NCBI GenBank assembly: GCA_032718475.1
Contig: JAUCBJ010006873.1
Span: forward strand, 32,039-96,038
From: Nemertoderma westbladi
Taxonomy: Eukaryota; Animalia; Xenacoelomorpha
DNA length: 64,000 bases
Reading direction: 5' to 3'
Positions 49,579 through 62,700 of this stretch are shown in pieces. How positions within the stretch are numbered: the first letter of the stretch is position 1; each line of letters begins with the position of its first letter. The position numbers and the translations under genes are program-made. A model generated the notes under the pieces. It had not been told where the DNA came from and searched no databases. It saw only the letters and a program-made list of their open reading frames with translations.

Positions 49579-51432
49579 ATGGGTAACGTCATACATTTGT
49601 ATTTGATTACATTACTGATTATTGATTACGGTATTGGTGTCTTTGTGTACCGTAAAACAAACTCAACAAACTCCGTTTCTATCAACCACAATAGCGCCTG
49701 GTCTCTATGTGAAGGACAACCAGAATTATCCTGCAATGGTAGATGTGGAAACAATTATTGTAACCAATCAAATGTCCCTATTGTACCTTATTGCTACTGC
49801 ACCCCAGATTGTAAGTCTTATGGTTCGTGTTGCTATGACTACGTAACCGAGTGCGAATCCAACATAATGAATATATTGGATTATTTACAACAACCTAGAA
49901 AATCTGTTTGTTTACCCGTATCCAATGGCAACGCGACTTGGGGGTGGTGGTTCGTCGCCAGTTGTCCCGCACAGAACGATGAATCGATAAGGATAGAATG
50001 CAGAGGAAACGACGTAACGACGAGGTATCTGTCGACAGCAACGGGTATCCTATACGCGAACTTACAGTGCGCCATGTGTAACGGGGAGAAGGAATCCGAT
50101 CTGGAACTATTGTCTACCGAGTTAGTGTGCAACCTATCGGAAGGACGAGGAGATGAGTCTACTCGGAGGTGCAATGACGTCATCAGTTATTCCGATATCG
50201 GAGAGGTAGTTGCGCACAATTGTATACTTGGTGCCGAGCGTTGCTTAGAAACAACCGGCTTCATTAATATTTGCGATATTTATTACATGCCGGTAGCGAT
50301 AGACGGGAAACTCTATGACAACCCCCACTGCTACTTGTGTTCCAGAAAGCAAAAGCGAGCCGAACATGTGGAATGTTTAGCAGATATGTTGGTAAATGTT
50401 GACAACATCCACTCTTTCGTTTATATTAAGGACATTATAAACATAGGTATGATTATAGCCTCACAGGAAGAAGCCAAATTAGATATAAATTCTCAGGGAC
50501 AGAATATCACAACTTATACAAACAACTTTAGAGAAAATAATATGTTGAATGAAATTGTCGAATATGTTACCTACATAACTATTTCTGTGTCCATCGCGTG
50601 TCTCACAATGACTCTAATAACATTTAAAATATTCCCGTCTCTTGTAACCCAAACAACCCGTCTGATTATCAATCTTGTTGTCGCTTTATTATTGGCGCAC
50701 ATATTTATACTTGTCTCTGTGCTCGTTACATTTTCCCCAATTAGTTGTCAGCTTGTCGCAATTCTAAAACATTATTTGTGGCTTTCCGTGTTCAGCTGGA
50801 TGGCAACTGTTGCTATAGATACAATGAGTACCATAGTGTTCAAACAAACATCGCAAGCGGCGACCCGAAAAGGAACGCGAAACGCATTAATACAAAAAAG
50901 CGTGTGTGTGTGGCTGTTACCAGCGCTGTTTGTTGTACCGGGTGTTGTGCTCAGCAATGGACCTTGGGATTGGGCCGCCGCTTTCCAATACGACTTAAAC
51001 CTATGCTCGTTAGGTAAATACACCTTACGTTATTTCCAATACATTCCCATTGGCCTCTCAATGCTCGCCATTGTTATTTGTTTTATTTTGATTGTTCGTA
51101 AAATATTAATAACGACTTCGGCCACGAAAAACGTTTCCAAAATAACTAATAAAAACAAGATATTAATTTTCTCAAAACTTTCCGCGATAATTGGTTTAAC
51201 TTGGCTTTTTGGTATAATTTCGCCATTTATGGATGTTGCCGGACCCATAATTTTCCCAACAGTCAACGGCTTACAAGGATTGTTTATTTTCCTCACCTTC
51301 GTGGCAACCAAAAAGCCACGTAGATTGTGGACTGAGAAGCTTGGTATAAAGCACCACTCGGAAGAAACAACCGCGGGACGGCAAGCCAAAACAGTAAATT
51401 CAGTTTCTGCCATCATAAGCACTAAAGTTTAA
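49579..51432 (+). CDS. Family-B (adhesion/Methuselah-like) GPCR with a somatomedin-B domain and Cys-rich ectodomain, single ORF, ~617 aa
   Basis: Hydrophobic N-terminus; SCNGRC...CYC..DC..YG.CC.DY...C; YAN..CA.CN and YDNPHC..C motifs; 7TM with CQLVAILKHYLWLSVFSWM, IIGLTWLFG, NGLQGLFIF. Confidence 0.88.
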   Translation: MGNVIHLYLITLLIIDYGIGVFVYRKTNSTNSVSINHNSAWSLCEGQPELSCNGRCGNNYCNQSNVPIVPYCYCTPDCKSYGSCCYDYVTECESNIMNILDYLQQPRKSVCLPVSNGNATWGWWFVASCPAQNDESIRIECRGNDVTTRYLSTATGILYANLQCAMCNGEKESDLELLSTELVCNLSEGRGDESTRRCNDVISYSDIGEVVAHNCILGAERCLETTGFINICDIYYMPVAIDGKLYDNPHCYLCSRKQKRAEHVECLADMLVNVDNIHSFVYIKDIINIGMIIASQEEAKLDINSQGQNITTYTNNFRENNMLNEIVEYVTYITISVSIACLTMTLITFKIFPSLVTQTTRLIINLVVALLLAHIFILVSVLVTFSPISCQLVAILKHYLWLSVFSWMATVAIDTMSTIVFKQTSQAATRKGTRNALIQKSVCVWLLPALFVVPGVVLSNGPWDWAAAFQYDLNLCSLGKYTLRYFQYIPIGLSMLAIVICFILIVRKILITTSATKNVSKITNKNKILIFSKLSAIIGLTWLFGIISPFMDVAGPIIFPTVNGLQGLFIFLTFVATKKPRRLWTEKLGIKHHSEETTAGRQAKTVNSVSAIISTKV

Positions 51433-52290
51433 TATGTCATTCAAATTTTACAGCAGAATAATATTCGATGTAATTAAAAAATTGTTCAAAATTGCTACCG
51501 TAAAGTACTGTAATCTTAATTAATCAAATATATTTGCTACATTACAATTTGTTTATCGTATATTTGTTGACCTTATAATATTTGTTTGTTACAATTTGTT
51601 TTGTCGTTGACCAAAAGTACATCACAATGTTTATATCAGAACTAATCGTTACGTAACATTTGTAGGCCAAACAGTAAACCTAAATTATGGTAAATGTATC
51701 TCAATGTATTAATTGTATTGTGCATTTAGTATTAATTGCGCTGGCATAATTAAAATAACGTTTTGGGTTTTCCAACTTACCATCCTTCTCTCTACAAGGC
51801 TGGAATTCATTTGGGGATAAACGATGAATAATAATTAAACATCAAGAACAGAAAGAACTCATTTCATAAACTTTATTGAAATTATAAAATCTTCCTTATT
51901 ACCCAGTAAAACTATAGTTCACTAAAACTAGAGTAGGCCTACCACTAAAGTAGAGATCTATAGAGTTAAAATATTACTTTTGTTCAGTGATTTGCACAAA
52001 TTGAATTGAAAGAAAGGTGATTTTTCAGTATAAAGAAAAATTATTCAAAAAAATTATGAAAACGGAGATCTTCAGTTTCTATCACTCATCTCCAAGTGAA
52101 TGAAATTAATAACTAAATCATTGTGTGAAAAAAGCCTTTTTCAGTATTATGACCCGAGTGCGAGTATATTTATGTGCCGAGCGTGCGGATGAAGGAGGAT
52201 TACATACGTAATAAGGGTCTCTGTAATGCTGAATATTAGGTCTGAATTGATGAATTATTGAACTATATTCACTATATTGAATTATGAATT

Positions 52291-53317
52291 GTTCCTATAG
52301 TGAGTGTAGTTGCTCCAGTTCCTATAGTTAGTGTAGTTGCTCCAGTTCCTATAGTAAGTGTAGTTGCTCCAGTTCCTATAGTAAGTGTAGTTGCTCCAGT
52401 TCCTATAGTAAGTGTAGTTGCTCCAGTTCGTATAGTAAGTGTAGTTGCTCCAGTTCTTATAGTAAGTGTAGTTGCTCCAGTTCCTATAGTAAGTGTAGTT
52501 GCTCCAGTTCCTATAGTAAGTGTAGTTGCTCCAGTTCCTATAGTAAGTGTAGTTGCTCCAGTTCCTATAGTAAGTGTAGTTGCTCCAGTTCCTATAGTAA
52601 GTGTAGTTGCTCCAGTTCCTATAGTAAGTGTAGTTGCTCCAGTTCCTATAGTAAGTGTAGTTGCTCCAGTTCCTATAGTAAGTGTAGTTGCTCCAGTTCC
52701 TATAGTAAGTGTAGTTGCTCCAGTTCCTATAGTAAGTGTAGTTGCTCCAGTTCCTATAGTAAGTGTAGTTGCTCCAGTTCCTATAGTAAGTGTAGTTGCT
52801 CCAGTTCTTATAGTAAGTGTAGTTGCTCCAGTTCTTATAGTAAGTGTAGTTGCTCCAGTTCCTATAGTAAGTGTAGTTGCTCCAGTTCCTATAGTAAGTG
52901 TAGTTGCTCCAGTTCCTATAGTAAGTGTAGTTGCTCCAGTTCCTATAGTAAGTGTAGTTGCTCCAGTTCCTATAGTAAGTGTAGTTGCTCCAGTTCCTAT
53001 AGTAAGTGTAGTTGCTCCAGTTCCTATAGTAAGTGTAGTTGCTCCAGTTCCTATAGTAAGTGTAGTTGCTCCAGTTCCTATAGTAAGTGTAGTTGCTCCA
53101 GTTCCTATAGTAAGTGTAGTTGCTCCAGTTCCTATAGTAAGTGTAGTTGCTCCAGTTCTTATAGTAAGTGTAGTTGCTCCAGTTCCTATAGTAAGTGTAG
53201 TTGCTCCAGTTCCTATAGTAAGTGTAGTTGCTCCAGTTCCTATAGTAAGTGTAGTTGCTCCAGTTCCTATAGTAAGTGTAGTTGCTCCAGTTCCTATAGT
53301 AAGTGTAGTTGCTCCAG
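52291..53317. repeat. 27-bp minisatellite, ~38 units, highly homogeneous
   Basis: Unit GTTCCTATAGTAAGTGTAGTTGCTCCA. Confidence 0.98.
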
Positions 53318-54960
53318 CTTAACACTGTGTAGCAGCTTCACACTACAGCTGAGCAACAGGTATGAGGCTCTTGCCTCTGAGGCGGCAGATCACTGTGAGG
53401 GCTATACTGCCTTTACAGAAGCAGTTAAGTTAGCAGCTGCAGAAACAGTTCCTGTATACCCTCGAAACAGGAAAAGGGTCCCCTGGACTGACAACAGGAT
53501 TCAGAGGTGCCGAAATGACCTTTATAAGGCGCAGAAAGAGTCCCGACTCAAACAGACAACAGCGGCCAAGAATGCAGTTAAGGCTGCATCTAGGTCCCTG
53601 AACAGGCAGTACTCTGTTAATCTACAGGAGCTAATAAACCAACAGGTTGATGCCATCAATGATGCTGACGACAGCAGGCAATCATCCCAGGCATGGAAAT
53701 CAATCAATATGCTTACAGGGCGGAAAAGCCAACCAACCACCAAGGTTAAGGCTGAATCACCAGCCGATCGCCTCAATGGTTGGAAAGCCCACTTTGAAAA
53801 GCTCCTCAATAATGACAGGGTATTGCCTGATAACTTTATAGAAGTAAAAGTGTCTGAGTCTGTACTCCCAGATATTCCCATTGGCGATATCTCCTTTGCA
53901 GAAGTGAAGGCTGCTGCAAAGAGCATTAAGACCAATCGTGCCAGTGGAGTAGATGGTGTTCCTCCTGAGGTCTTTAAAATACCTGAGTGTTTAAAGCTCA
54001 TCTATCTCATCATGGTAGACATGTACCGAACAACAAGAGTCCCACAAGAAATGAAAACAAATAAGTTGGTGCCAGTTCCCAAGAAGGGCAACCTAACACT
54101 CTATGGTTCTTTTCGGGGAATCTCATTGATCTCGATTGCTGCAAAGCTATAGAACAGGATTCTATTAAATCGCACCAGGGTTCCCATTGAGAGACTGCTC
54201 CGTGGAAATCAGAATGGGTTCCGTAAAGGTCGTGGGACCATGGAGCCCATTTTGGCACTTAGAAGGATAATTGAAGAATTATCAAAAAAGAAAGACAGGC
54301 ATCTGGCTGTTATCTTTGTTGACTTCTTCAAGGCCTTTGATTCAGTTTCTCGCTCACACGTATGTTCAGCATACTTTCATTATATGGGATTCCTGATGAA
54401 ATTATTGCAGCAATCAGATCAGTATACGATGGTTCGACAACATTTGTGTCTACTGTTGACGGTGACACAGAACCATTTGAAGTGTTATGGGGCGTCCTCC
54501 AAGGAGACACTTGCACCATTCTTGTTCATTATTGTGGTTGACTATGTTCTACGCATGTCCTTAGATCATCATAATGATGATGGGGTGATGATAACTCCAC
54601 CTACTGGCTCCAGAAGTCGAGGAAATCCTGCCAAGTACCTAACTGATCTATACTTTGCTGATGACTTAGGAGTACTCTCAGAATCATTAGAGGGAGCCCA
54701 ACGGCTCCTCAGCTCATTAGAACATGCTGCTTCTAGTGTTGGTCTTTTTATTAACTCCAGAAAGACCAAAATTCTGACAGTTAACTTTGAAAGTCCTCAG
54801 CAAGTCTCTGATCGGATGAGCATAAGCTCAAAGGATGGTATTCTTGAGCATGTGGACGACTTCTGTTACCTGGGATCATGGATCCGGAAGTCAGGGACTC
54901 CTCTACGGGAGTCCATGCTGGGCTCTAACTGCTGAGGACACCAAATCTCTGGACTGTCAG
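53318..54960 (+). mobile_element. RTE-type LINE family B, ORF2 fragment (RT) with stop and frameshifts
   Basis: LSNRYEAL, WKAHFEKLLN, RASGVDGVPPE, VPVPKKGN, FRGISL, QNGFRKGR, FVDFFKAFDSV, LAPFLF, FADDL. Confidence 0.92.
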
Positions 54961-57900
54961 GGCCCTAAACCGATTAGGTTCTCTGTTCGCAGAACACCGA
55001 ACACTATTCCGGCCACGGAACTAGTCCAGCAGAATGCCTTTATAGAATCCTGGAATTTGTGGGACGAGAGGATCTCAGCAACTAAGCGAAAACGAACAAT
55101 AGGATGTTCCTAGACCCCCCCCCCCCCCCCCCAAAAATTTATCCAGAAGACTTTTCGCCATACATAATGTGTTAAAAAAGTCTACGGTTCTCCAGCTAGG
55201 GCCAATTTGAGTCAAAAAGTCCGCTTCCCTAGCAACCACGTTGCTATGGAGATAAGTCCAGAACCGCTAATGCTACGGACTTGGGACCGGCGCCAATCGA
55301 TAGGCAGCATATGGGTTTACATTCAAATGAAAAAGTTGAGAGTGATCCGATCATGATCTTGACCATGATCAGCAAAGATCAGTTTTGATCAGCAATCGGA
55401 CACTCAAGGCTTGCTCCAATTGTTCGCGCTTTCAGACCTTTGGCAGTTTAACCCGCCAAATTAGGATGTCTTCTAGATAATAAATCACCTTTAGTCTATG
55501 ACAAGTATTTAATTCACTACACTAGTCGAAACCAATCTGTGCGCGATCATTCACCCGCTGGATATACCCGGGAGATTGGGTTCGACGGCTTAATTTTATT
55601 GCTATGTAAGCCTAATGTATTATTCGACTGACAGTATTATATAATCTCTGACAATATTATTCACCTTCGGGGAATATTAACAGTTCCTTTAGGACGTGGC
55701 GCTCTATCTATATAAACAGAGTTATGACTTAAACTACTCACAACGATATGGCTTAGTTACAATTCACATATATGGCGCATTCTTTAGGAAATGCTTCGTT
55801 ATCAGTCTCACTCATACACAATGCTGCACAATACTGCACACTGATCTGCCGATCTTCACTGATTTTAGTCACATATAAAAGGAACACGGACCGAATCATG
55901 TAGGGTCTATCAAATAACATTAGATTCACTTCAAACCACTCAACATAGGTCGCAATCATTTATCTGTAACCTTTCTCTCTTACCTTCGGTATATCAAGAA
56001 TATTGGGTTTTCGGGGTTATTTGTCGTTATTCCAAATATAATAATTCATCAACCATATTATGAAGAACTGACAGTAAATAGCAGTATAACAATATAAAGT
56101 ATGCACAGTGTTACACAGTATGCAGTGTATGCAGTACTGTAGTATGCAGATAACGGATATATGTCCTTATAATTAAGCCTACTAGTGTAGGGCTAAAGCA
56201 GAAAAGCACAAAATACTCCAAAGCCGTTCTTCCTGGCTTAGAATCACCAACAACACTGATAAGAATAACTATAAGAATACCAGCTACCCTTATTCCACGA
56301 AGCTCCCGTCCAACACAGAGAAAGAGCAGTGAGATAGGAAAATTCAGTTCAGTAGCTCTGTGATAGGTCAAAATCAAAGCCAACTCAAATCCTATTGGCA
56401 GATACAGAAAGCAGGGCTATGGGGCAACGTGGCAATATCAGCCGTTAGCCGTCGTCATGGTAGCGACACTGTTTTCAAGAGTATCGAGCTTTTTACGTCA
56501 CGAAATTACAGATTATGTCCTCTAAAGTACAAATACAGAAGAAATGGCTTTTATGTCCTCCAAAACACCAGTACAGCAAGGACACGGCCTTTTTATGCCT
56601 GGTAAACCAACCACAGAGTACTTTACGGGGATAATAACCGGCTAATTACGCAAAAGCTTTTACACCGCTCCCAGAAAATGGGATTTAAGTCTATAAAATA
56701 TAACAAATCACAGTTTCTAAAATATAAAGATACTCTAAACAGTTAGTCTTTCTTGCGCGGACGGCGTTTACGCAGTTTTTTAAAGTTAGCCAGAGTCTTT
56801 TTCTCTTTGGGGGGAGCCACTTTACTAGGAGGGCCATAACTCCTGGGTGAAGGGTGCAATATGATTGCATTAGAAGGTTTGGGTTTACGGTCGATGTCTC
56901 GTCCATTTCGATATGCTTCTCCTCGAGCTGATTTTCCTCCGCTTATCATGGGATACGTTCGTCCAAAACTCTCGCAGAGAATAGGGTTTTCTAAGATTGA
57001 TATCTTCTTAGAGATTCGAGATTTCCCAATCGAACTGAGATAAGGCCAATTCGTTTATCGATTGGACTTACTGTTATAACTTACGTTTATCTGAACAAAC
57101 GCAGGTTTCTTTTTTGATCTTTATAGAATAGCGTTTAACTCGTTTCGTACAACGCTCTCCTTCACCTTGATGAGGGGTTGTATCGCGTTAAACGGGGACG
57201 ACCATACGGTTGGATAGTGATATTAGGTGTCCGCGTCACAATCCGGCTAGGTAAGATGGGCGGCTAGCTAGAAATCACTGTCGGAGTGTTACCGATTAAT
57301 TGTTAGGGTAGCACTAGATCTTGAACAGTGAATACAGTCCGCGAGGATCCGCGACACCACCAGGATCGCAGGTCTGAGGTCCAACTAAGGAATGAGGAGG
57401 TTTGACCGAGTATTCCGGGACTCTGATCGTAGGTTTACTCCAGGATCGTTCGAGCCGAGTGAGCATAGGTGATACGTCAAACAAGTTTCGCTCGAAACTC
57501 CAGTAAATATAACGAGCACAACTGTGTTTAACACAACGTTTCCGTGGATGTTTATGTCTTTCCGTTTATTAGTTGGGTCTAGGGCATTTATCGTAATAAT
57601 ACCAAAGACGCACGTCTGGTAGGGGAAACGCGGGTGATATTTATTTGTTGTTACAATGCTTCTATCAAGAATTCCAAATATACGTTGGAGTTACCGCGTT
57701 TATTTGTTTCTTTAGTGTCTTTTCTTTCGAGTCGATTTCGAATAGAATTTTCGCATTCGAATTTCAGTTTATGGTTCCGACTCCGCTGGGCAGGATATAT
57801 AGTCGACATAGTCCGTATTATGTAAATCGATAGGATGACCAGTAGTTAAGTAGCCACCAGCAGTAGTACCATTACGCTGCGTATATCGAGCAGCGAATTT

Positions 57901-58879
57901 TCTATAGTCCAACTCTCGCGAGAGCTGCACTTGGGACATTGTCGGTTCGATATAACGACCATCGTCCTCCGCAGCAGTTGGACTAACGTCGCCGCGTATA
58001 AAGCTATCAACAAACGCTTGTAAAAGTAGAGCATATCGCTCCCTGATACCAAGACCATCTTCTATCAACTCCGTCATATCTGCTATATATGAGTTTATCC
58101 ATATTATAAGGAGTTTATATTTAGGCGAGCGGGCGTCGCTGCCTACCCCAATCAACCCCCGGACAGTGCGAGATCCTCAGCGCCGATGTGTTGTCGCCGC
58201 TGTACTTTCGCCAACGACGTAGCCGCACAACGACAACGACAACCGGCACAAGTCACTCCACTGTCCGTCCCAAAGGCTTAGATGTACTTCAGGTTTTCCT
58301 TGGAGAGTTAGGTTACTTTCACGATTGCGACTAGCTACTGTAAACACACTTTAGCAGTAACATTCACCTATAAACTCACAAATACCACACAACTGGTCAC
58401 AACTACGCACATTCGGGCCATTTGTCCGTTAGTCAATGCCTTCCAGAATGTCACTGTATTATTATGTATCCTTGGATACTAGCAGTGCGCTATTTATTCC
58501 CTATGCTATTCAATGGGACAAGCTTTCTATTATTCTTTTAACTCAATTCTAATTCTAGCGTGGTTGTTGCTATGGTGACATTATGCAAAGCTAGCGGTAG
58601 AATTAGGGTAATTCCAATGCATACAGATCTGGGATGTTATTTAATAGTATTCTTTAATAGTCAATGTTCTGTTTTATACATGACTTTATGAATTTTATCG
58701 GCTATTGACTATGTTTGGGAGACTTTCGCACACTCATATGCATAATAAGATAAATCTCCGCTCCCTTGATCTATTAATTACTGGAATTTTGGGAATGTTA
58801 TAAATTGCGTAAAAATGGCAATTTATTAAATTCATTAAAAGGCATGAATTTAAATTTATTCCCTGGAATTTTATTATTT

Positions 58880-59210
58880 GATAATTAAATGGACATATTT
58901 TGATTCTAGAACATGTCTGGGGACACAAGATCCTTAATTCTATAACAATTGTCTTTTTAAGAATATCGGTAAATGCTACGATATCTTAATTGACTAGAAT
59001 TGTTGAAGGATCTGAATTTTACAGATTTTTATTTATTAGATTTGCAAATATTAAATAATTAATATTTGAGATGGGCACCAATTTATTCCAGAACTTGTCT
59101 GGGGACGTTAACCACTGATTCTAGAATTTGTCTTTCAAGTATATCGGTGGGTGCCGCGATATCTTAATCGACTAGAATGACAGATGGTCAAAGGGTTTAA
59201 CAGATTTATT
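58880..59210. repeat. Diverged ~180-bp direct duplication
   Basis: AGAAC.TGTCTGGGGAC...TTGTCTTT...TATCGGT...CGATATCTTAAT.GACTAGAAT seen twice. Confidence 0.65.
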
Positions 59211-59725
59211 TTGCGTTATACGCTACTGTTAAAGGGACATCACGCTACTATATGTATTATTTAATATACGGTATGAGAGCAATATCGCACGAAGCAATGT
59301 CAGTGTGAAGAGGCAAGTCGTTTCCAAGGTCTACCCAGAGCTTGGTTTAGCCGAGACACGAGGATCTGAACTTTGCATTCCTAATACTCTGCCTACCAAT
59401 AATACTTTAATATAGTAGTGGCTTTATTGTACTTTAATGAGTACGGACATTTCATCTTACTGTAGTTACGTATTTATAATATAATACGGACAGTAAGGAA
59501 AGAGAAAAAATAATTATTTCTTCGCCGTCGCACTAAATATAATATAAGTAATTACGTACGTCATAAAAACGAATATATTGCACTATTCTACTAAATAATC
59601 GCTAAATAATATTCTACTAAATTAAATAAAACGATTATAATAAAATTACATAGTAATACATACATAAATATAAAAATAATAAAATAATATAAAATAATAG
59701 AGTCACACACCCACTCCATATGTTG

Positions 59726-62700
59726 TTACGTTATGGAGTCCCTAGATGTTTGAAGGATTAGGGAGGTGGTCGTGGGAAGAGAATCTTGCCTTCCACAGTT
59801 TCTGGAGAGTCCTCCATTCCCTTCCGGTAAACACAAACGACCGACTGGATGATTGAGTCGCTGCATCCCGAATACAATTCCAGGTTTCCTCTTCGTCCTG
59901 GAATAGTGACGATAGAAACATCGCTCTAAGTACACGACGGCCTTACAAAGCCGATTCCAGGAGCTATAGTGGTCCGTCGCTCCCTGCAGGAGAGGTGAGA
60001 GTCCCTGCGAGACGTCTGATGTTCCAGAGCTCCAATCGCTCTCTCTGATCTTCATGAAGGATCCACTCGCGGTGGTGAGGTCCAGATCCACGGCGTCGTC
60101 CCTGGCAACATGTAATACCGACAGATCTATCCCGGGTTCAAATAACTCCGATCCACCCGTCCGGGTTTCAGGTTCGACTTTCTCCGCTCCGTTGGCTGGT
60201 CTAATCTCAGTCGGAGTAAGATGGGGAGGCCATTCATTCTCCTTACTCAGGAAGTCGGGTTCACCTAACCGATCTATAGTATCTGTTAGTTCTTGAGGAG
60301 TTGCTCCTCTGGAAGCGATGTCCGTTGGATTAAACTTCTTGGGGCAATATCTCCATTGATCTACATTGGAGCTAAGATTGTCATTATCTGAGGAGTGTGG
60401 TGTTCCCTCAGTTGGGTCGTCTCCCTCACTAGTATCATCTTCCCATTCACTCACCTGGCAGACGCGATCTTGAAGCAGTCTTTCCCTGAGCGTTCTACGG
60501 GAAGGTCCAGTAAGGTACCAACCTACTCTAGTTCTTACCGCATAGGTCTGAAGTGGTTGCGGTTGAGTAGGTCGTTTCTCTAATGTCTCCAGCGCCTCAT
60601 GCGCGTTTTGACCGATTAATATTTGTACTCCAGGATAATCGGTGTCGAATCTAGGGATGTTAAGTTGTTGGACATGATCATCTTCGTCCCAATTATAAGG
60701 TTCAACTTGGGTGGTAGCGAAGTTCTTTATTGCCACCATTTTTACTGACCTTATACTGTATTCTCCTAGTTTATCCTGTGGAGTGGACAACTCACCTATA
60801 TAATAGTCGGCAGCTACAGTAGAATTCCAAACCTGCATGATCCCTGACATGTTTAGCTTGGTTCGGAACTTGGGTTGTCCAGCAAAGATGACTTCGGCTA
60901 GTTCTTTATCGATGAATGTTCCTGTGCTACCGGAGTCCAGGAGGGCGTTCACTATATAGCTCTTCTGAGGTCCGTGGACCCGTAACTGGACTACAGGAAA
61001 TTCTCGGATTCCTATATTGGAAGTTGGCGCTTTCCAAGATGGTTGTTGATCAGAAGTAGTTAAGGTAAGTTCGCTGTCTGTGTCTTTCTCATGCACGAGT
61101 GCTCGATACACTGCGGTGGTGTTTATTAGGTAACAGGATTCGTTTTGGTCGGAGAACTCGTCCGTATAGAATCCTTCCATCTCAGATTGATCAGTGTCGT
61201 TCACATCACTGAATTGGACATGTAGTTCGAACTCACTTACCTGACTCGGGCTGTTTCGTTCGAATTCCGTGTGCAACAAGATATGATGTTTTGCGCCGCA
61301 CTGTGCACACCTTGCGTCGGAGTTACAGGTTCGCCGTTGGTGTCCTCGTCTGAGGCAATTATAACACAACCGCTTATCCCACATGACTTCACGTCTATCC
61401 TTTAGTGATTTCCTCAGGAATTTATCACACGCATTTAAACGGTGGGGCCCGTCGCACAGCACACATTTCGGCTTGATGTTACTTACTTTAACCTGTGCTA
61501 TGTGGTGCACACTTGTTCTTTCCTCGGGCTTTCTCACCTGAATTCTTTTAGGAGACGTAGGAAGGGTTTTTTGTACCGGTTCCCTTCTGTCATTGGGTCG
61601 AGACTCGGATTTACTTACCTGATCTTTAGGCATTTTATTGACATAATAAGATCTGTCAGTGTCTTTCCCGCTGTCCTCTCCTTGAGAAGTTTGGCTTTCA
61701 CCGTCGTCGGTATAACATACTGGTGTTACCCTTCTCCTAGAAACGGGTTTCTCACTTACCTTGTTTTCCAATGTCTTCTCTCTGGACTGCCTTAGGAGCT
61801 GTAATTTCACTTCTCTATCTAAGAATGACATGAGATCAGTCATGGTAGGGTCTCGTCGTTGTTGTTCCATCATATATAACACCTTCTTGTCCCAGCGTGT
61901 ACCTACTCCACCCTTGGGCAAAGTAGATGCTAAGGCTCCTACAACCATAGAATTCTGGTATTCATGAGACTTACCTAACCAATCTAGTTGTCTACAGATC
62001 TCCTGAATCTCATCGGAAAACTCTATAATCCCGCTGCTAAGAAACTTTCGGGGCGCCATTAATTTCGCATATAAATACCTAGCTATGTTAGTCCTATTAC
62101 CATACCTGATGTTTAGTGTATCCCAAACTTGTCTTAATCCATCTGGATGTCCAATAAATTTTAACGCCATTGACTTGGGAGGTCCTTCCAAACATTCGAT
62201 GAGGAATCTAAGTTTCTCTCCGTTAGATAGTACAGAGTTCTGTATGTTATCTTTATAATATTCATTAAAAGGTAACCATTTCATCTCATCTCCATTGAAC
62301 TTGACGATCTCTCCCACCTTTACCGCTTGCCGGGCTTCGGTTCTAGCCATTTGACGCGTAAAACTTTCTTGAGCCATCGTATTATTGAATATAGAATTAT
62401 CGGTATATAAATTTCTCGGATTATGATCAGGTCTATATGGAATATTATTATCAACAGGTTTATAATTACCCTGAATAGGGTTTACTATAGGAGTTTCTAC
62501 TTCACTAGCAGTATAGATGCGTGTAGGCTCCACACCTTGCGCATGAAATACTTCAGACCTAACGGGTTGACACATTGTTACAGGGGGTGGTGTTATACCC
62601 CTTTGTATGTTCACTAATTTATCGCATTCTAACGCGATACTTTGCTGCACCTTTTGCAACTCTAACCTACTTTCCCTTACTGTTCCCTTGAGCTGCTGAA

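Noticed and set aside
52282-53325. (NWSNYTYYR)n and (VSVVAPVPI)n ORFs
   Set aside because: By-products of a 27-bp repeat with non-ATG starts
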